From Polyangiales bacterium (lineage in GTDB: Bacteria; Myxococcota_A; Polyangia; Polyangiales; Ga0077539), in NCBI GenBank assembly GCA_044229975.1, contig JBGARZ010000015.1, positions 32,001-96,000 of the forward strand: 64,000 bases of DNA, written 5' to 3'. Below the pieces are notes generated by a model. That model saw only the letters and a program-made list of their open reading frames with translations. It did no database searches and had not been told where the DNA came from. Position numbers and translations under genes: made by a program. Each line of letters starts with the position of its first letter. Positions within the stretch are counted from its first letter, which is position 1. This document shows positions 42,877 to 52,424 of this stretch, piece after piece.

Positions 42877-43110
42877 ATGAGTGATCAGATTGAGGTCAAC
42901 TTCTTGCGCGATCTCGTGTCATATCTTCGCGAGCAGGCGGTCCAAGCGGCGCGGCGCTCCGCTGAGACAGGCTCTGAGTTCGATTCCGGATCCGAGTTCG
43001 GGTTTCGGCAGGCGCTCGCGCGGATTCGGAATCAGGCGGAGGGCTTTAACATCTGTCTGGAAGACATCGGGTTGGACGAGTCTGATCCGATGCACGGCCC
43101 ACTTGAGTAG
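42877..43110 (+). CDS. Putative immunity protein 2 (paralog of 1)
   Basis: VNF.RDLV..LRE.A..AARR....SEFD.G.E...RQ.L.RI.NQAE.F.I shared with 42602-42856. Confidence 0.7.
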   Translation: MSDQIEVNFLRDLVSYLREQAVQAARRSAETGSEFDSGSEFGFRQALARIRNQAEGFNICLEDIGLDESDPMHGPLE

Positions 43111-43251
43111 ACTGTTTTCTGCCTAAATTTGTGAATGCTGGCAAAAGGGGCATTTGAGGACGGAAGAGCCGTTGGTATCGGTATCGTGTGATCTCGCGAG
43201 TGATTCTCCTCGCACTCTGTCGTCTAGCATTCATGCGAACGAACATCGTCG

Positions 43252-45510
43252 ATGACCCAACCTCGTCCTTTGCCGGTCCTGCTTTTCCTCCTGGCCCTCT
43301 GCTTGGCCCTCTGCCTAGCCCCGTCGCGCTCGCACGCCTTCCCTGTCACGGTCGACGGTCGCACCGACGAGTGGTCCAGCCGCCAAGCCAATGGCGACAA
43401 CCTCGGCCTCATCGCCCGCGACCAATTCGACCGCGGCCTCTACTCCTGGCGCGACCCCGCGGCCGACACCCGCATCGACATCGCCTCTACCGAGACCATC
43501 GCCGACTTCTACCGCTGTGCCATCACCGCCGACCCCATCGGTGTGTCGTTCCTCTTCCAGATCACTGGGGGCAACGCCACCACGGCCCCCAACCCCGTGC
43601 AGGTGCAGGTCGCCATCGACCTCGACCGCGTCGCGGGCTCCGGTCAGACCGCCATGGCCGGCTTCGCCGACACCAACGTCGCCCCGTCAGGCGCCTGGGA
43701 GTACCTCGTCCAGACCCAGCTCACCGCCGGCCAGCAGGGCGTCGTCTACGATCGCAGCTTCGGCGTGCAGGGCGCGCCCATCCCCGTCGGCGCCTTTGGC
43801 ATCTCCGCCTCCCTCGTGGAGTTCACGGTCCCCTGGTCGCGCCTTGGGCTGAGCGGCCCGCCGCCAACCGCCCTGCGCTTCACCGTCGCGACCTTCCGCG
43901 AGCAGCCCGGTGGCTTCACCGTCGACGTCGGCGGGCCCACCGTCTCCAACGCCCTCGACGTCCTCAGCGACTACGGCGCGCCCCGCACCGAGGGCCCGCA
44001 CCCCAACACTTCCGCCGAGTTCACGGCGCCCGGCGATCAGACCATCGACTACAACTTCGACGTGTGGTTCGGGCCCACGGGGGAGCCCTACGCGCCGGTC
44101 CTCATCGTCCGCTTCGTCACCCAGAGCGAGCGCAGCCGGTGGGTCGCGCTGCGCAACATGACCCCCGCGCCGCTCCCCCTCGATGGCTTCCGCTTCACCG
44201 AATCGCCCACCGCGCCCGAGGCACTTTATGGCAGCGCCGTGCTCCCTCCCGCCGCGGTGCTCGGCGTGGGCGGCGTCTTCATGCTTGCCGAGAACCGCAC
44301 GACCTACGCGGCGCGCTACGGCGAAGCCCCCGACGGTCAATGGCGTAACGCCTCGGAGCCCGCCCCGGACCTCGCGACCTACCCGACCTGGGCGTCGGGG
44401 TACTTCCGCCTCGGCTTCAGCGGGGCGTTGTTGGTAATCGACCGATCGCACACCGTCGTGGATGCCACCAGCTATGGCGATCCCGAAGGGGGCTACGCCG
44501 GTCAGGGTTTGTCGCCAACACCCGGCTACGAGCGGGCGGCGTCGCGGTCGCTGTCCACCTTCCGCGACACCGACGGCCGCATGAGCGGGGAGTTCACCGT
44601 CGTGGGCCCGCTCTGCGCCAACGACGCCGAGTGCGGCGGTTGCGGCACCTGCGTGCTCAACGTCTGCGAGCCCTTCGCGGTCGGGACCCTCTGCCGCGAC
44701 AGCGCTGGTCCGTGTGACCTCGCCGAGCGCTGCGACGGCACCTCGTCGGCGTGTCCGGCCGACCGCTTCCAGCCCGCCACCGTGGTCTGTCGCGCGGTCA
44801 GTGACAGCGGCTGTGACCTCGTCGAGACCTGCACGGGTTCGAGTGTCACCTGCCCGGCCGACGCCTTCGTCGCGGAGGGGACACTCTGCGCCGACGGGCT
44901 CCGTTGCAACGGCGACGAGCGCTGCGACGGGGCGGGCACGTGCCGTGTCGGTGCGCCCGTGGTCTGCGCGCCGGCGGGCGCCGTATGTCAGGAGAACCGT
45001 TGCAGCGAGGCCACCGGGAGCTGCGCGCTCACGAGCGTTGCAGTGGGGACGCCGTGCAGCGACGGTGACGCCTGCAACGGCGACGAAGCGTGCAACGCCT
45101 CGGGCGTGTGCGTGACGGTGACGCCGCTCGACGGGGGAACGCTCTGCCGCGACGCGAGCGCGGACGTGGCCGACGTCGCCGATGTCATCGACGCGGCCGA
45201 TGTGGTGTCGATGGACGTCCCGGGCGTCGACGCGATGGCGACGGATGTGATGGTGGTTGCCGACGGTGGGGGCATCGACGTCACCGCGGTCGACGTCGTG
45301 GACGTGATGACCACCGCTCGCGACGTCGCGCCGAGCACGACCGACGATGCGTCGCCGGGGCCGATGATCACGACGCCCGGAGGCTGTGGCTGCCGCGTCG
45401 GGGAGCGCGCCCCGTCACCCGATCGCGGCGCCGTGGTGCTGCTGGTGTCGCTTGGTGCGGTGGTGACGGAGCGTCGTCGCCGACGTCGCCCTCGCGCGCT
45501 CAGAAGTTAG
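43252..45510 (+). CDS. Secreted protein with lamin-tail-like and disintegrin-like Cys repeats and a MYXO-CTERM-like tail
   Basis: Signal peptide; CR...CDLAERCDGTSSACPAD repeats; GCGC + TM + RRRRR. Confidence 0.75.
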   Translation: MTQPRPLPVLLFLLALCLALCLAPSRSHAFPVTVDGRTDEWSSRQANGDNLGLIARDQFDRGLYSWRDPAADTRIDIASTETIADFYRCAITADPIGVSFLFQITGGNATTAPNPVQVQVAIDLDRVAGSGQTAMAGFADTNVAPSGAWEYLVQTQLTAGQQGVVYDRSFGVQGAPIPVGAFGISASLVEFTVPWSRLGLSGPPPTALRFTVATFREQPGGFTVDVGGPTVSNALDVLSDYGAPRTEGPHPNTSAEFTAPGDQTIDYNFDVWFGPTGEPYAPVLIVRFVTQSERSRWVALRNMTPAPLPLDGFRFTESPTAPEALYGSAVLPPAAVLGVGGVFMLAENRTTYAARYGEAPDGQWRNASEPAPDLATYPTWASGYFRLGFSGALLVIDRSHTVVDATSYGDPEGGYAGQGLSPTPGYERAASRSLSTFRDTDGRMSGEFTVVGPLCANDAECGGCGTCVLNVCEPFAVGTLCRDSAGPCDLAERCDGTSSACPADRFQPATVVCRAVSDSGCDLVETCTGSSVTCPADAFVAEGTLCADGLRCNGDERCDGAGTCRVGAPVVCAPAGAVCQENRCSEATGSCALTSVAVGTPCSDGDACNGDEACNASGVCVTVTPLDGGTLCRDASADVADVADVIDAADVVSMDVPGVDAMATDVMVVADGGGIDVTAVDVVDVMTTARDVAPSTTDDASPGPMITTPGGCGCRVGERAPSPDRGAVVLLVSLGAVVTERRRRRRPRALRS

Positions 45511-46891
45511 GAATCGTCTCCCCACCACCCGACGGCGCAGGCTCGTCGCCGTGGTTGTGCCCGTGCCCATGGTGCCGACGGTGCCTCCGCGTCGGCGTCG
45601 CCTCCGCGTTGCTCTCCTCCACCACCGGGCTCGCAGCCGCCACCACTGGCGCCGCCACGACCACCGGCGCCGCCGCCATCACCGGCGCCACCGCCATCAC
45701 TGGCGTCGCTGCATCAACCCGCTCAACAACCACCGGCGCTCGCGTCGCCGCTCTCACGCGCACCGCCGTCACGGGCACTGGCGTCGCGGTCGGCGTCCGC
45801 AGCGCGAGGCCACCAACGCCCAGCAGTCCCACGGCCACGGCGATGGCGCCCACGAGGCCCACGCGCTGCCACGTCGACCGCCCGGTGGGGTGCCTCGACG
45901 AGCGCGTCGCCGGCGCGAGCGTCTCCTCGCGCGGCGCCGTCGGGCCTTGCGGCAGCGTGCTCCGACGGGCCACGTCCGACAGGCTGACCGCCGGCCCGCT
46001 GAAGAACACCGACCACTGCGCCCGCCCCGCGTCCGACGCGAAGGGCAGCAGCGCCTCGGCGAAGGCCGCCACCGAGGGGAAGCGCTGCTCGGGCTTCGGG
46101 GCCATCGCGCGAAGGAGCACCGCCTCCAGCGCCGCCGAGTGGTCGGAAACCTTGTCGCGCAGCCGCGGCGTCGGGCCCGTGGTGATGGCGACGAGAAGTT
46201 CGAGGAGGTTGGTCGCCTGGAAGGGGCACGCGCCCGCGAGGCACTCGAAGAGGATCACCGCCAGCGACCACTGATCGCTCTGCCCGTCGATGTGCTTGGA
46301 CTCGCGCGCCTGCTCCGGGGACATGTAGCTGGGCGTTCCCATGATGGCGTTGGTCACGGTGAGGGCCTGGGCGGCGCCTCGCACCTTCGCGATGCCGAAG
46401 TCGAGGAGCTTCGGAACCGTCGCGCCCGTGCTGGTGCGCGCCAGGAAGATGTTGTCGGGCTTCAGGTCGCGATGAACGATGCCGCGCTCGTGCACCACCG
46501 CCATCGCGGACAGCACCGGCAGCATCAGGTCGACGGCCACCGACGGGCGCATCGGACCGCCGCGCTTCACGGCGTCGGCCAGGCTCTCGCCGTCGAGCAG
46601 CTCCATGGCGATGTACGGCAGCCCGTCGTGCACGCCCACGTCGAACACCGTCACCACGTGCGGGTGCTCCAGCTGCGCGACGATCTCCGCCTCGCGCAGG
46701 AAGCGGTCGAGCAGGTCGGGCTCGTGCGTGTGCTCGCGGTGCAGCACCTTCAGCGCGGTGCGCTTGCGGAGCGGGAGCTTCGTGGCCTCGTACACCGCGC
46801 CGAAACCCCCGGCGCCGATGCGTCGGACGATCTCGTACCCGCCGAACGAGTCTCCCGCGCGAAGCCCCGGCTCTCTTGAAGGACTGCTCAT
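45500..46891 (-). CDS. Ser/Thr protein kinase
   Basis: IGAGGFGAVY, ALK, HRDLKPDN, DFG, GTPSYMSPEQ. Confidence 0.95.
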   Translation of the reverse strand: MSSPSREPGLRAGDSFGGYEIVRRIGAGGFGAVYEATKLPLRKRTALKVLHREHTHEPDLLDRFLREAEIVAQLEHPHVVTVFDVGVHDGLPYIAMELLDGESLADAVKRGGPMRPSVAVDLMLPVLSAMAVVHERGIVHRDLKPDNIFLARTSTGATVPKLLDFGIAKVRGAAQALTVTNAIMGTPSYMSPEQARESKHIDGQSDQWSLAVILFECLAGACPFQATNLLELLVAITTGPTPRLRDKVSDHSAALEAVLLRAMAPKPEQRFPSVAAFAEALLPFASDAGRAQWSVFFSGPAVSLSDVARRSTLPQGPTAPREETLAPATRSSRHPTGRSTWQRVGLVGAIAVAVGLLGVGGLALRTPTATPVPVTAVRVRAATRAPVVVERVDAATPVMAVAPVMAAAPVVVAAPVVAAASPVVEESNAEATPTRRHRRHHGHGHNHGDEPAPSGGGETIPNF

Positions 46892-47032
46892 CGACGTCTC
46901 CCGGTTGCCCACCGCAAGGGAAGCCCGGTTGCGCCCGCCAACGCAACGCATCGGCCGCCCCGTAGGTGGTGCATCGGGTGTCCGCAATTGGCCACCGCCG
47001 CGCCGCGCGCCGCGGGTGTAGAGCATTGAGGC

Positions 47033-47917
47033 ATGGACCTTGAGGAGCTGCGGGCCTTCCTCGCCGTCATCGAAACCGGGTCGTTTCTTGGGGCCGAGCG
47101 CAGCCTCAACATGCCGCGCGCCACCGTGCGTCGACGCGTCGACGCGCTCGAAGCGCGGGCGGGCGTTCCGCTGCTCAACAAGAGCCGCGAGGGCATCGTC
47201 GCCACCGAGGCGGGCGCGGTGCTGGTCACCCGCGGGCGCTTGATGATCCAGGAGGCCACGGCCCTCGTCGCCTCCATCCGCGAGATCGGCCAGGAGCCCT
47301 CCGGGGTGCTGCGCGTGCTGCTCCCGGTGGGCCTGCCGCCGCACATCCTGGTGCCGCTCTTCGCGGCGATGCGCGACACCTACCCCCGCCTCTCGCTGCA
47401 CCTGCGCTTCAGCGACGATCCCATCGGCGGACTGCTCGACGACGTCGACCTCGCGGTGCACTTCGGCACGCGCTCGCCGCCGGGGCCGTGGGTGTCCTAC
47501 GAGATCCTCCGCATCCACGAGTGGGTGGTGGGCAGCGCCGACTACTTCGCGCGCCACGGCACGCCGACCACCATCGAGTCGCTCGCCGCGCACACGGTCT
47601 TCTCCTGGGACTCGCCGGGCGACAACCCGCGCGTCTGGCCGCTGTGCTCGGGCGGAGCGTTCACCGTCGAGCCCGTGCTCGTGGCCTCGGACATCCACCT
47701 GCTGCGCCAGTGCGTCCTCGGCGGTCTCGGCCTCGCGCTCCTGCCCGACGCGCTGCTGCCCGAGGCAGAACCCGGCGGGGCCGCGGTGGTGCCGGTGCTC
47801 ACCGAGCTCGTGGGTCGCGAGCGCCCGCTGCGCCTCGTGGTGCCGTCGGTGCTCTCCGACCTCCCCAAGATCAAGGCCGTCCTCAAGCACGTCCGCGCCT
47901 TCACCGAGAGCCTCTGA
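47033..47917 (+). CDS. LysR-family regulator
   Basis: N-terminal HTH; GLGLALLP. Confidence 0.9.
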   Translation: MDLEELRAFLAVIETGSFLGAERSLNMPRATVRRRVDALEARAGVPLLNKSREGIVATEAGAVLVTRGRLMIQEATALVASIREIGQEPSGVLRVLLPVGLPPHILVPLFAAMRDTYPRLSLHLRFSDDPIGGLLDDVDLAVHFGTRSPPGPWVSYEILRIHEWVVGSADYFARHGTPTTIESLAAHTVFSWDSPGDNPRVWPLCSGGAFTVEPVLVASDIHLLRQCVLGGLGLALLPDALLPEAEPGGAAVVPVLTELVGRERPLRLVVPSVLSDLPKIKAVLKHVRAFTESL

Positions 47918-47937
47918 GCTCCCCCGGAGTGACACCC

Positions 47938-49275
47938 ATGAGCGCACCCACGACGAGCCCGCGCACCTACCTCCGCGGCACGGCCGGCTACGAGCCCGCG
48001 CGCCGCGACACCATGTGGAACGCCCGCCTCCCCGACCGCTTCCCCGACGTCATCGTGCAGGCGCGCGACGTGTACGACGTCGTGGCCGCGGTGAAGCGCG
48101 CGAAGCGCGAGGGCCTGCGCATCGGCGTGCGCTCCGGCGGCCATAGCTGGGCGGGCAACCACGTGCGCGACGGCGGCATGCTGCTCGACGTGTCGCGCCT
48201 CGACGCGGTCACCATCGACGCAAAGGCGATGCGTGCGACGACGGGCCCCGGCCGCGCGGGTCACGAGCTCGCGGCGGCCCTCGGGCGCGAGGGCCTGTCC
48301 TTCCCGACGGGGCACTGCGAGGGCGTGTGTGTGGGTGGCTACCTGTTGCAGGGCGGCTTCGGCTGGAACGGCCGCGCCCTCGGCCTCGCCTGCATGAGCG
48401 TCGAAGGCGTCGACGTGGTCACGGCCGACGGTGACCTCGTGCACGCGAGTGCCTCGGAAAACGCCGACCTCTACTGGGCCGCGCGTGGATCGGGCCCCGG
48501 CTTCTTCGGCGTGGTGACGCGCTTCCATCTGCGGGTGCACCGGCGGCCGTCGGTGGTGGGCTTCGCGCTCCAGAGCTATCCCCTCTCGATGTTGGAGGAG
48601 GTGTTTCGCTGGGCGCGGCGCATCGGCCCCGAGGTGCCGTCGTCCGTGGAGCTGCAGATCTTGATGACCACGCGCGCCCTCGGCGTCGGAGGCCCTGGCA
48701 TCGAGGTGTTTGCGCCGGTGTTCGCCGACTCGGTGCGCGGCGCCCTCAACGACGTGTCCTTCATGAACGTCGCGCCCCACCGCAAGCGGGCGGCGGTGCG
48801 GGTTCCCTTCGTCCCGTCGACGCTGGGGCTGATGTACCGCGCGGTGATGTCCCACTACCCCGACAACCACCGCTACGCCGTGGACAACCTCTGGACGCAC
48901 GCCTCCATCGACGAGCTCCTCCCCGGTCTGCATCGCATCGCCGCGACGATGCCGCCGCGACCGTCGCACATGCTGTGGCTCAACTGGACGCCGCCGCCCG
49001 AGCGCCCCGACATGGCCTTCTCCGTCGAGGACGACATCTACCTCGCGCTCTACGGCGCCTGGGAACACGCCAACGACGACAGCCGCCACGCCGCATGGGC
49101 CGTCGATCGCGTGCGCGAGATGGAGCACCTCGCCACCGGCTGCCAGCTCGCCGACGAGAACCTCGGCCAACGCCCCGCGCGCTTCGTCTCCGACGCCAAC
49201 ATGGCGCGCCTCGACGCGGTGCGCGCAGCGTACGACCCCGACGGTCGCTTCCACCCGTGGATGGGCCGGCTGTGA
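47938..49275 (+). CDS. FAD-linked oxidase (VAO/BBE family)
   Basis: RSGGHS, GGY.L.GGFG, DLYWAARG.GPG.FGVVT, YDPDGRF. Confidence 0.92.
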   Translation: MSAPTTSPRTYLRGTAGYEPARRDTMWNARLPDRFPDVIVQARDVYDVVAAVKRAKREGLRIGVRSGGHSWAGNHVRDGGMLLDVSRLDAVTIDAKAMRATTGPGRAGHELAAALGREGLSFPTGHCEGVCVGGYLLQGGFGWNGRALGLACMSVEGVDVVTADGDLVHASASENADLYWAARGSGPGFFGVVTRFHLRVHRRPSVVGFALQSYPLSMLEEVFRWARRIGPEVPSSVELQILMTTRALGVGGPGIEVFAPVFADSVRGALNDVSFMNVAPHRKRAAVRVPFVPSTLGLMYRAVMSHYPDNHRYAVDNLWTHASIDELLPGLHRIAATMPPRPSHMLWLNWTPPPERPDMAFSVEDDIYLALYGAWEHANDDSRHAAWAVDRVREMEHLATGCQLADENLGQRPARFVSDANMARLDAVRAAYDPDGRFHPWMGRL

Positions 49276-50111
49276 AGCACCCCGACCCCGATCGATCGCT
49301 CCACCTCGGCATGCGCCCCGGCGAGCTCGACGACGCGCCCTTCGCGGAGTTCTGGAACCCCCGCATGGCGCCGCTCCCCGCGCACGCCCGCGACGCGCTG
49401 CTGCACGGCCCCGTGGCCAGCGCGCTGCTCCCGACGCTCGCCGACGCGCCGCGCTTGTTGGACGCGGGGGATGGTGTGCTCGAAGACGGCTACGGCCTCG
49501 CGGACGACGGCTCGATGCACGTCGCGGTGCGAACAGCGATGCCCGGCGTGTCGCCCGCGATGGTCGACTGGTGGTTCGGCTGGCACGGCTCGGAGGCGCG
49601 CCGGTACAAGCTCTGGCACCCGCGGGCTCATGTTCATGCGCGGTGGGACGTCGACCCTCCGAGCGGGAGCCGTGGGCGCGAGCGCTACGTCGGTCGAACG
49701 TCCTTCGTCGACGAGTACATCGGCAGCCCGCTCCAGCACGCGACCATCCGCTTCGTGCGCCCGGGTGAGCTGGGCTTCGACGAGGCGGCGCTCGCCGACG
49801 CTGAGCAGGCGACGGTGATCGCGGCGCGCATCGGGCTGGTGTCGCCGTCCATCGAAGCGGGGCACCTGGTGCATCACGTGAGGCGCGTGGAGGGCGGCGC
49901 GGAGATGCGCTCGCGCTTCTGGCTGGGCGGCGCGTATGCAGCGCCGCGGAGTGGGGGGTGGGTCGAGACGGCGGTGGTGAGCGCCGCGCGGCGGGTGATG
50001 AAGCCCACCGCGGCGCAGGGGTACGAGCTGCTGGTGCACTGCTCGCAGGAGATGTCGCACCTCGCGGGCTTCCTCCCGGCGCTCTACGCGCGGTGCCGCG
50101 ACACGGACTGA
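49272..50111 (+). CDS. DAPG hydrolase PhlG-like protein
   Basis: MPGVSPAMVDWWFGWH..RYKLWHP.AH..DEYIG..EMRSRFWLG..HC.QEM.HLA.FLP. Confidence 0.85.
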   Translation: MKHPDPDRSLHLGMRPGELDDAPFAEFWNPRMAPLPAHARDALLHGPVASALLPTLADAPRLLDAGDGVLEDGYGLADDGSMHVAVRTAMPGVSPAMVDWWFGWHGSEARRYKLWHPRAHVHARWDVDPPSGSRGRERYVGRTSFVDEYIGSPLQHATIRFVRPGELGFDEAALADAEQATVIAARIGLVSPSIEAGHLVHHVRRVEGGAEMRSRFWLGGAYAAPRSGGWVETAVVSAARRVMKPTAAQGYELLVHCSQEMSHLAGFLPALYARCRDTD

Positions 50112-50112
50112 C

Positions 50113-51786
50113 TCAGCGCACGAACAGCAGCCGCTGGACGAGGTCGGTGGTGAGCAGCGTGTCGGTGAGGTTGGTGTCGAGGTCGGCGTTGCTGGACCCG
50201 GTCGAGGCCCCGAAGCCCGACTGCGTCGCGGTGCAGGCCGACGTGCTGGTCATCGAGGTGATGAAGCTGTTGTCGTCCGTCGAGACGAGGAAGCCGTTGG
50301 ACGTGGTGGTCGTGGTCTCGTCGCGGCAGCGGAAGCGGAGCCCGGCGCTGTGGCAGGCCGCGGACGCGGAGGGGAACGGCGTCCCCTGCGTGATGGTGGT
50401 GCAGCTCAGGGCGCAGGTCGCCGAGTACACCGAGTTCTGGGACATCACCGAGAGCAGCGTGCGGTTTTGCAGGCAGCCGGTGGTGGTCTGCACCTCGGTG
50501 CCCCCCGTCGCGCCGCCACGCAGGATCATCACCTCGTCGGCGGCCAGGGTGTTGTACGCCGCGCTCTTCGCGTCGGCGTTGATGAGCGGGTTGGTGGGCA
50601 TCCCGAAGGTCGTGGTGTTGACCCACGACGCCGACCGGGGACCCCAGTTGATCGTGTCGTTGTTGGTGATGACCGCCACGAGCGTCCAGCCTCCGCCGGA
50701 CGACTCCATGTCGCAGTAGACGTCGAAGCCCGCCGCCCCACCGGCGCCGTCGGGGTCGATGCGAAACACCCCGCTCGCCGCCGTCGGTCGCGCCGCGCGG
50801 ATCGCCCGACACGACGCCGCGTCCCCGCCGCCGCCGCCCATGCACACGCCCGCGACGCAGGTCTGCCCCGCGGCGCAGGCGAGGCCGCAGCCGCCGCAGT
50901 GGGAGGGGTTGGTGAGCCCGTTGGTCTCGCAGCCCGTGGCGAGGTTGCCGTCGCAGTCGCCGAAGCCCGGGGTGCACGTGAGGCGACACGCGCCCCCCAC
51001 ACACTGGCCCATCGAGTTGGGGCGCCCGCTGCACGCGTTGCCGCAGGCCCCGCAGTGCGTGCTGCTCGACGCCGGGTCGACGCACGCCCCCGAGCAGAGG
51101 AGGCCCGTGCAGGTGCTCGCGCAGGATCCGCCGCTACACATCGTCCCCGACGGGCAGGCGTTGCCGCAGGTGCCGCAGTTGGAGGACGACTCGCGGACGT
51201 TGACCTCGCAGCCGTCGGAGGAGGCGCCGTTGCAGTCGCGGAAGCCCTCGTTACAGGACAGCACGCAGCTCACCGTGTCGCCGCAGCGGCTGACCCCGTT
51301 GGGCGCCGTCGGGCACGGCAACGGCGAGTACGTCGTCCCGTCGTCGCTGCACCGCTGGCGCGCGCCCTCGACGCACTGGAGGGTGCCCGGCGCGCACACC
51401 CGCGACGTACAGCGCCCGCCCTCGCAGCGCCCGCCCGTGGCGGCGCAGGCCACCGAGACGGTGGTGCGCCCGTCCTCGCCGCAGACCCGCGCGGTCTGCG
51501 CGTCGAGGCACACCGAGGTGCCCGGGGTGCACGTCATCTCCTGCACGTCGACCGACGGCACATCGACGGGAAGGCCGGCGTCGACGGGAGATCCATCGTC
51601 GACCGGCGGCGCGGTCACGTCGGTGGTGACGCCGTTGTCGGAGGTCGAGGCGTCGCCGCCGCCGATGATGATGTTGCCGCCGCCGGCGCGCGCCGAGCAG
51701 GCGGCCGAGAGGAGCAGCACGGAGAGGATCGAGCGTCGCAGCGGGTTCACGCCGCCGTGTCTGCCCGAGTGGCGTGTGCGGCGCAA
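50113..51786 (-). CDS. Cys-rich lipoprotein with a C-terminal fibrinogen-like domain
   Basis: Lipobox SAAC; SC..I...SGVF.IDPDG...VYCDM...GGGWTLV. Confidence 0.85.
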   Translation of the reverse strand: MRRTRHSGRHGGVNPLRRSILSVLLLSAACSARAGGGNIIIGGGDASTSDNGVTTDVTAPPVDDGSPVDAGLPVDVPSVDVQEMTCTPGTSVCLDAQTARVCGEDGRTTVSVACAATGGRCEGGRCTSRVCAPGTLQCVEGARQRCSDDGTTYSPLPCPTAPNGVSRCGDTVSCVLSCNEGFRDCNGASSDGCEVNVRESSSNCGTCGNACPSGTMCSGGSCASTCTGLLCSGACVDPASSSTHCGACGNACSGRPNSMGQCVGGACRLTCTPGFGDCDGNLATGCETNGLTNPSHCGGCGLACAAGQTCVAGVCMGGGGGDAASCRAIRAARPTAASGVFRIDPDGAGGAAGFDVYCDMESSGGGWTLVAVITNNDTINWGPRSASWVNTTTFGMPTNPLINADAKSAAYNTLAADEVMILRGGATGGTEVQTTTGCLQNRTLLSVMSQNSVYSATCALSCTTITQGTPFPSASAACHSAGLRFRCRDETTTTTSNGFLVSTDDNSFITSMTSTSACTATQSGFGASTGSSNADLDTNLTDTLLTTDLVQRLLFVR

Positions 51787-51948
51787 GTCACCGGGGCAGC
51801 GTGGCCATGGCCTCGCGCAGGGCCCGGTAGCGCTCGTGCATCCACGGAGGGGTCGCCGCGGGCGGCCAGCACGACGAGGTCTTCGGCGGCCTCGCGACGC
51901 CTGCGCGCCGGAGGTCGCCCGCGAGCCGCGCCCGCCCGGCTGTACTAG

Positions 51949-52182
51949 TACCTCGTCGCAGGAGTTCTGACGGGTTGAAGAAGCCGCAAGGGCGCAAGGG
52001 TCGCAAGGGAGGACGACTCAGGCGACTCACCCTCATCTCATCTTGTCCTTGCGACCCTTGCGCCCTTGCGCAAGGGTCGCAAGGGAGGACGACTCAGGCG
52101 ACTCACCCTCATCTCATCTTGTCCTTGCGACCCTTGCGCCCTTGCGGCTTCTTCAACCCGTCAGAACTCCTGCGACGAGGTA
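51949..52182. mobile_element. MITE with 60-bp perfect TIRs, flanked by CTAG on both sides
   Basis: TACCTCGTCGCAGGAGTTCTGACGGG... and its reverse complement; internal 76-bp tandem duplication. Confidence 0.85.
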
Positions 52183-52424
52183 CTAGGCGCGCAGCACCAT
52201 CACCGTCGGCACCGCGGCCGCGAGCAACCCAAGCGTGAACCTGGCAGTGTGCGGAGCCCCCGCCCCTGCGCCCTGAGCGCGGGGGTCAGGGCGCGCGGCA
52301 GCGGGGAAGGGGGCCCAGACCGCCGACACACGGCAGAGAAGCCGCACGCCGCGGGTCCGTGGGGGCTCTTGACGGCGTCGGCGTCGCGCGCGAAACGAGG
52401 ATAGTCTGGGAGGGGAAGTCGGGG

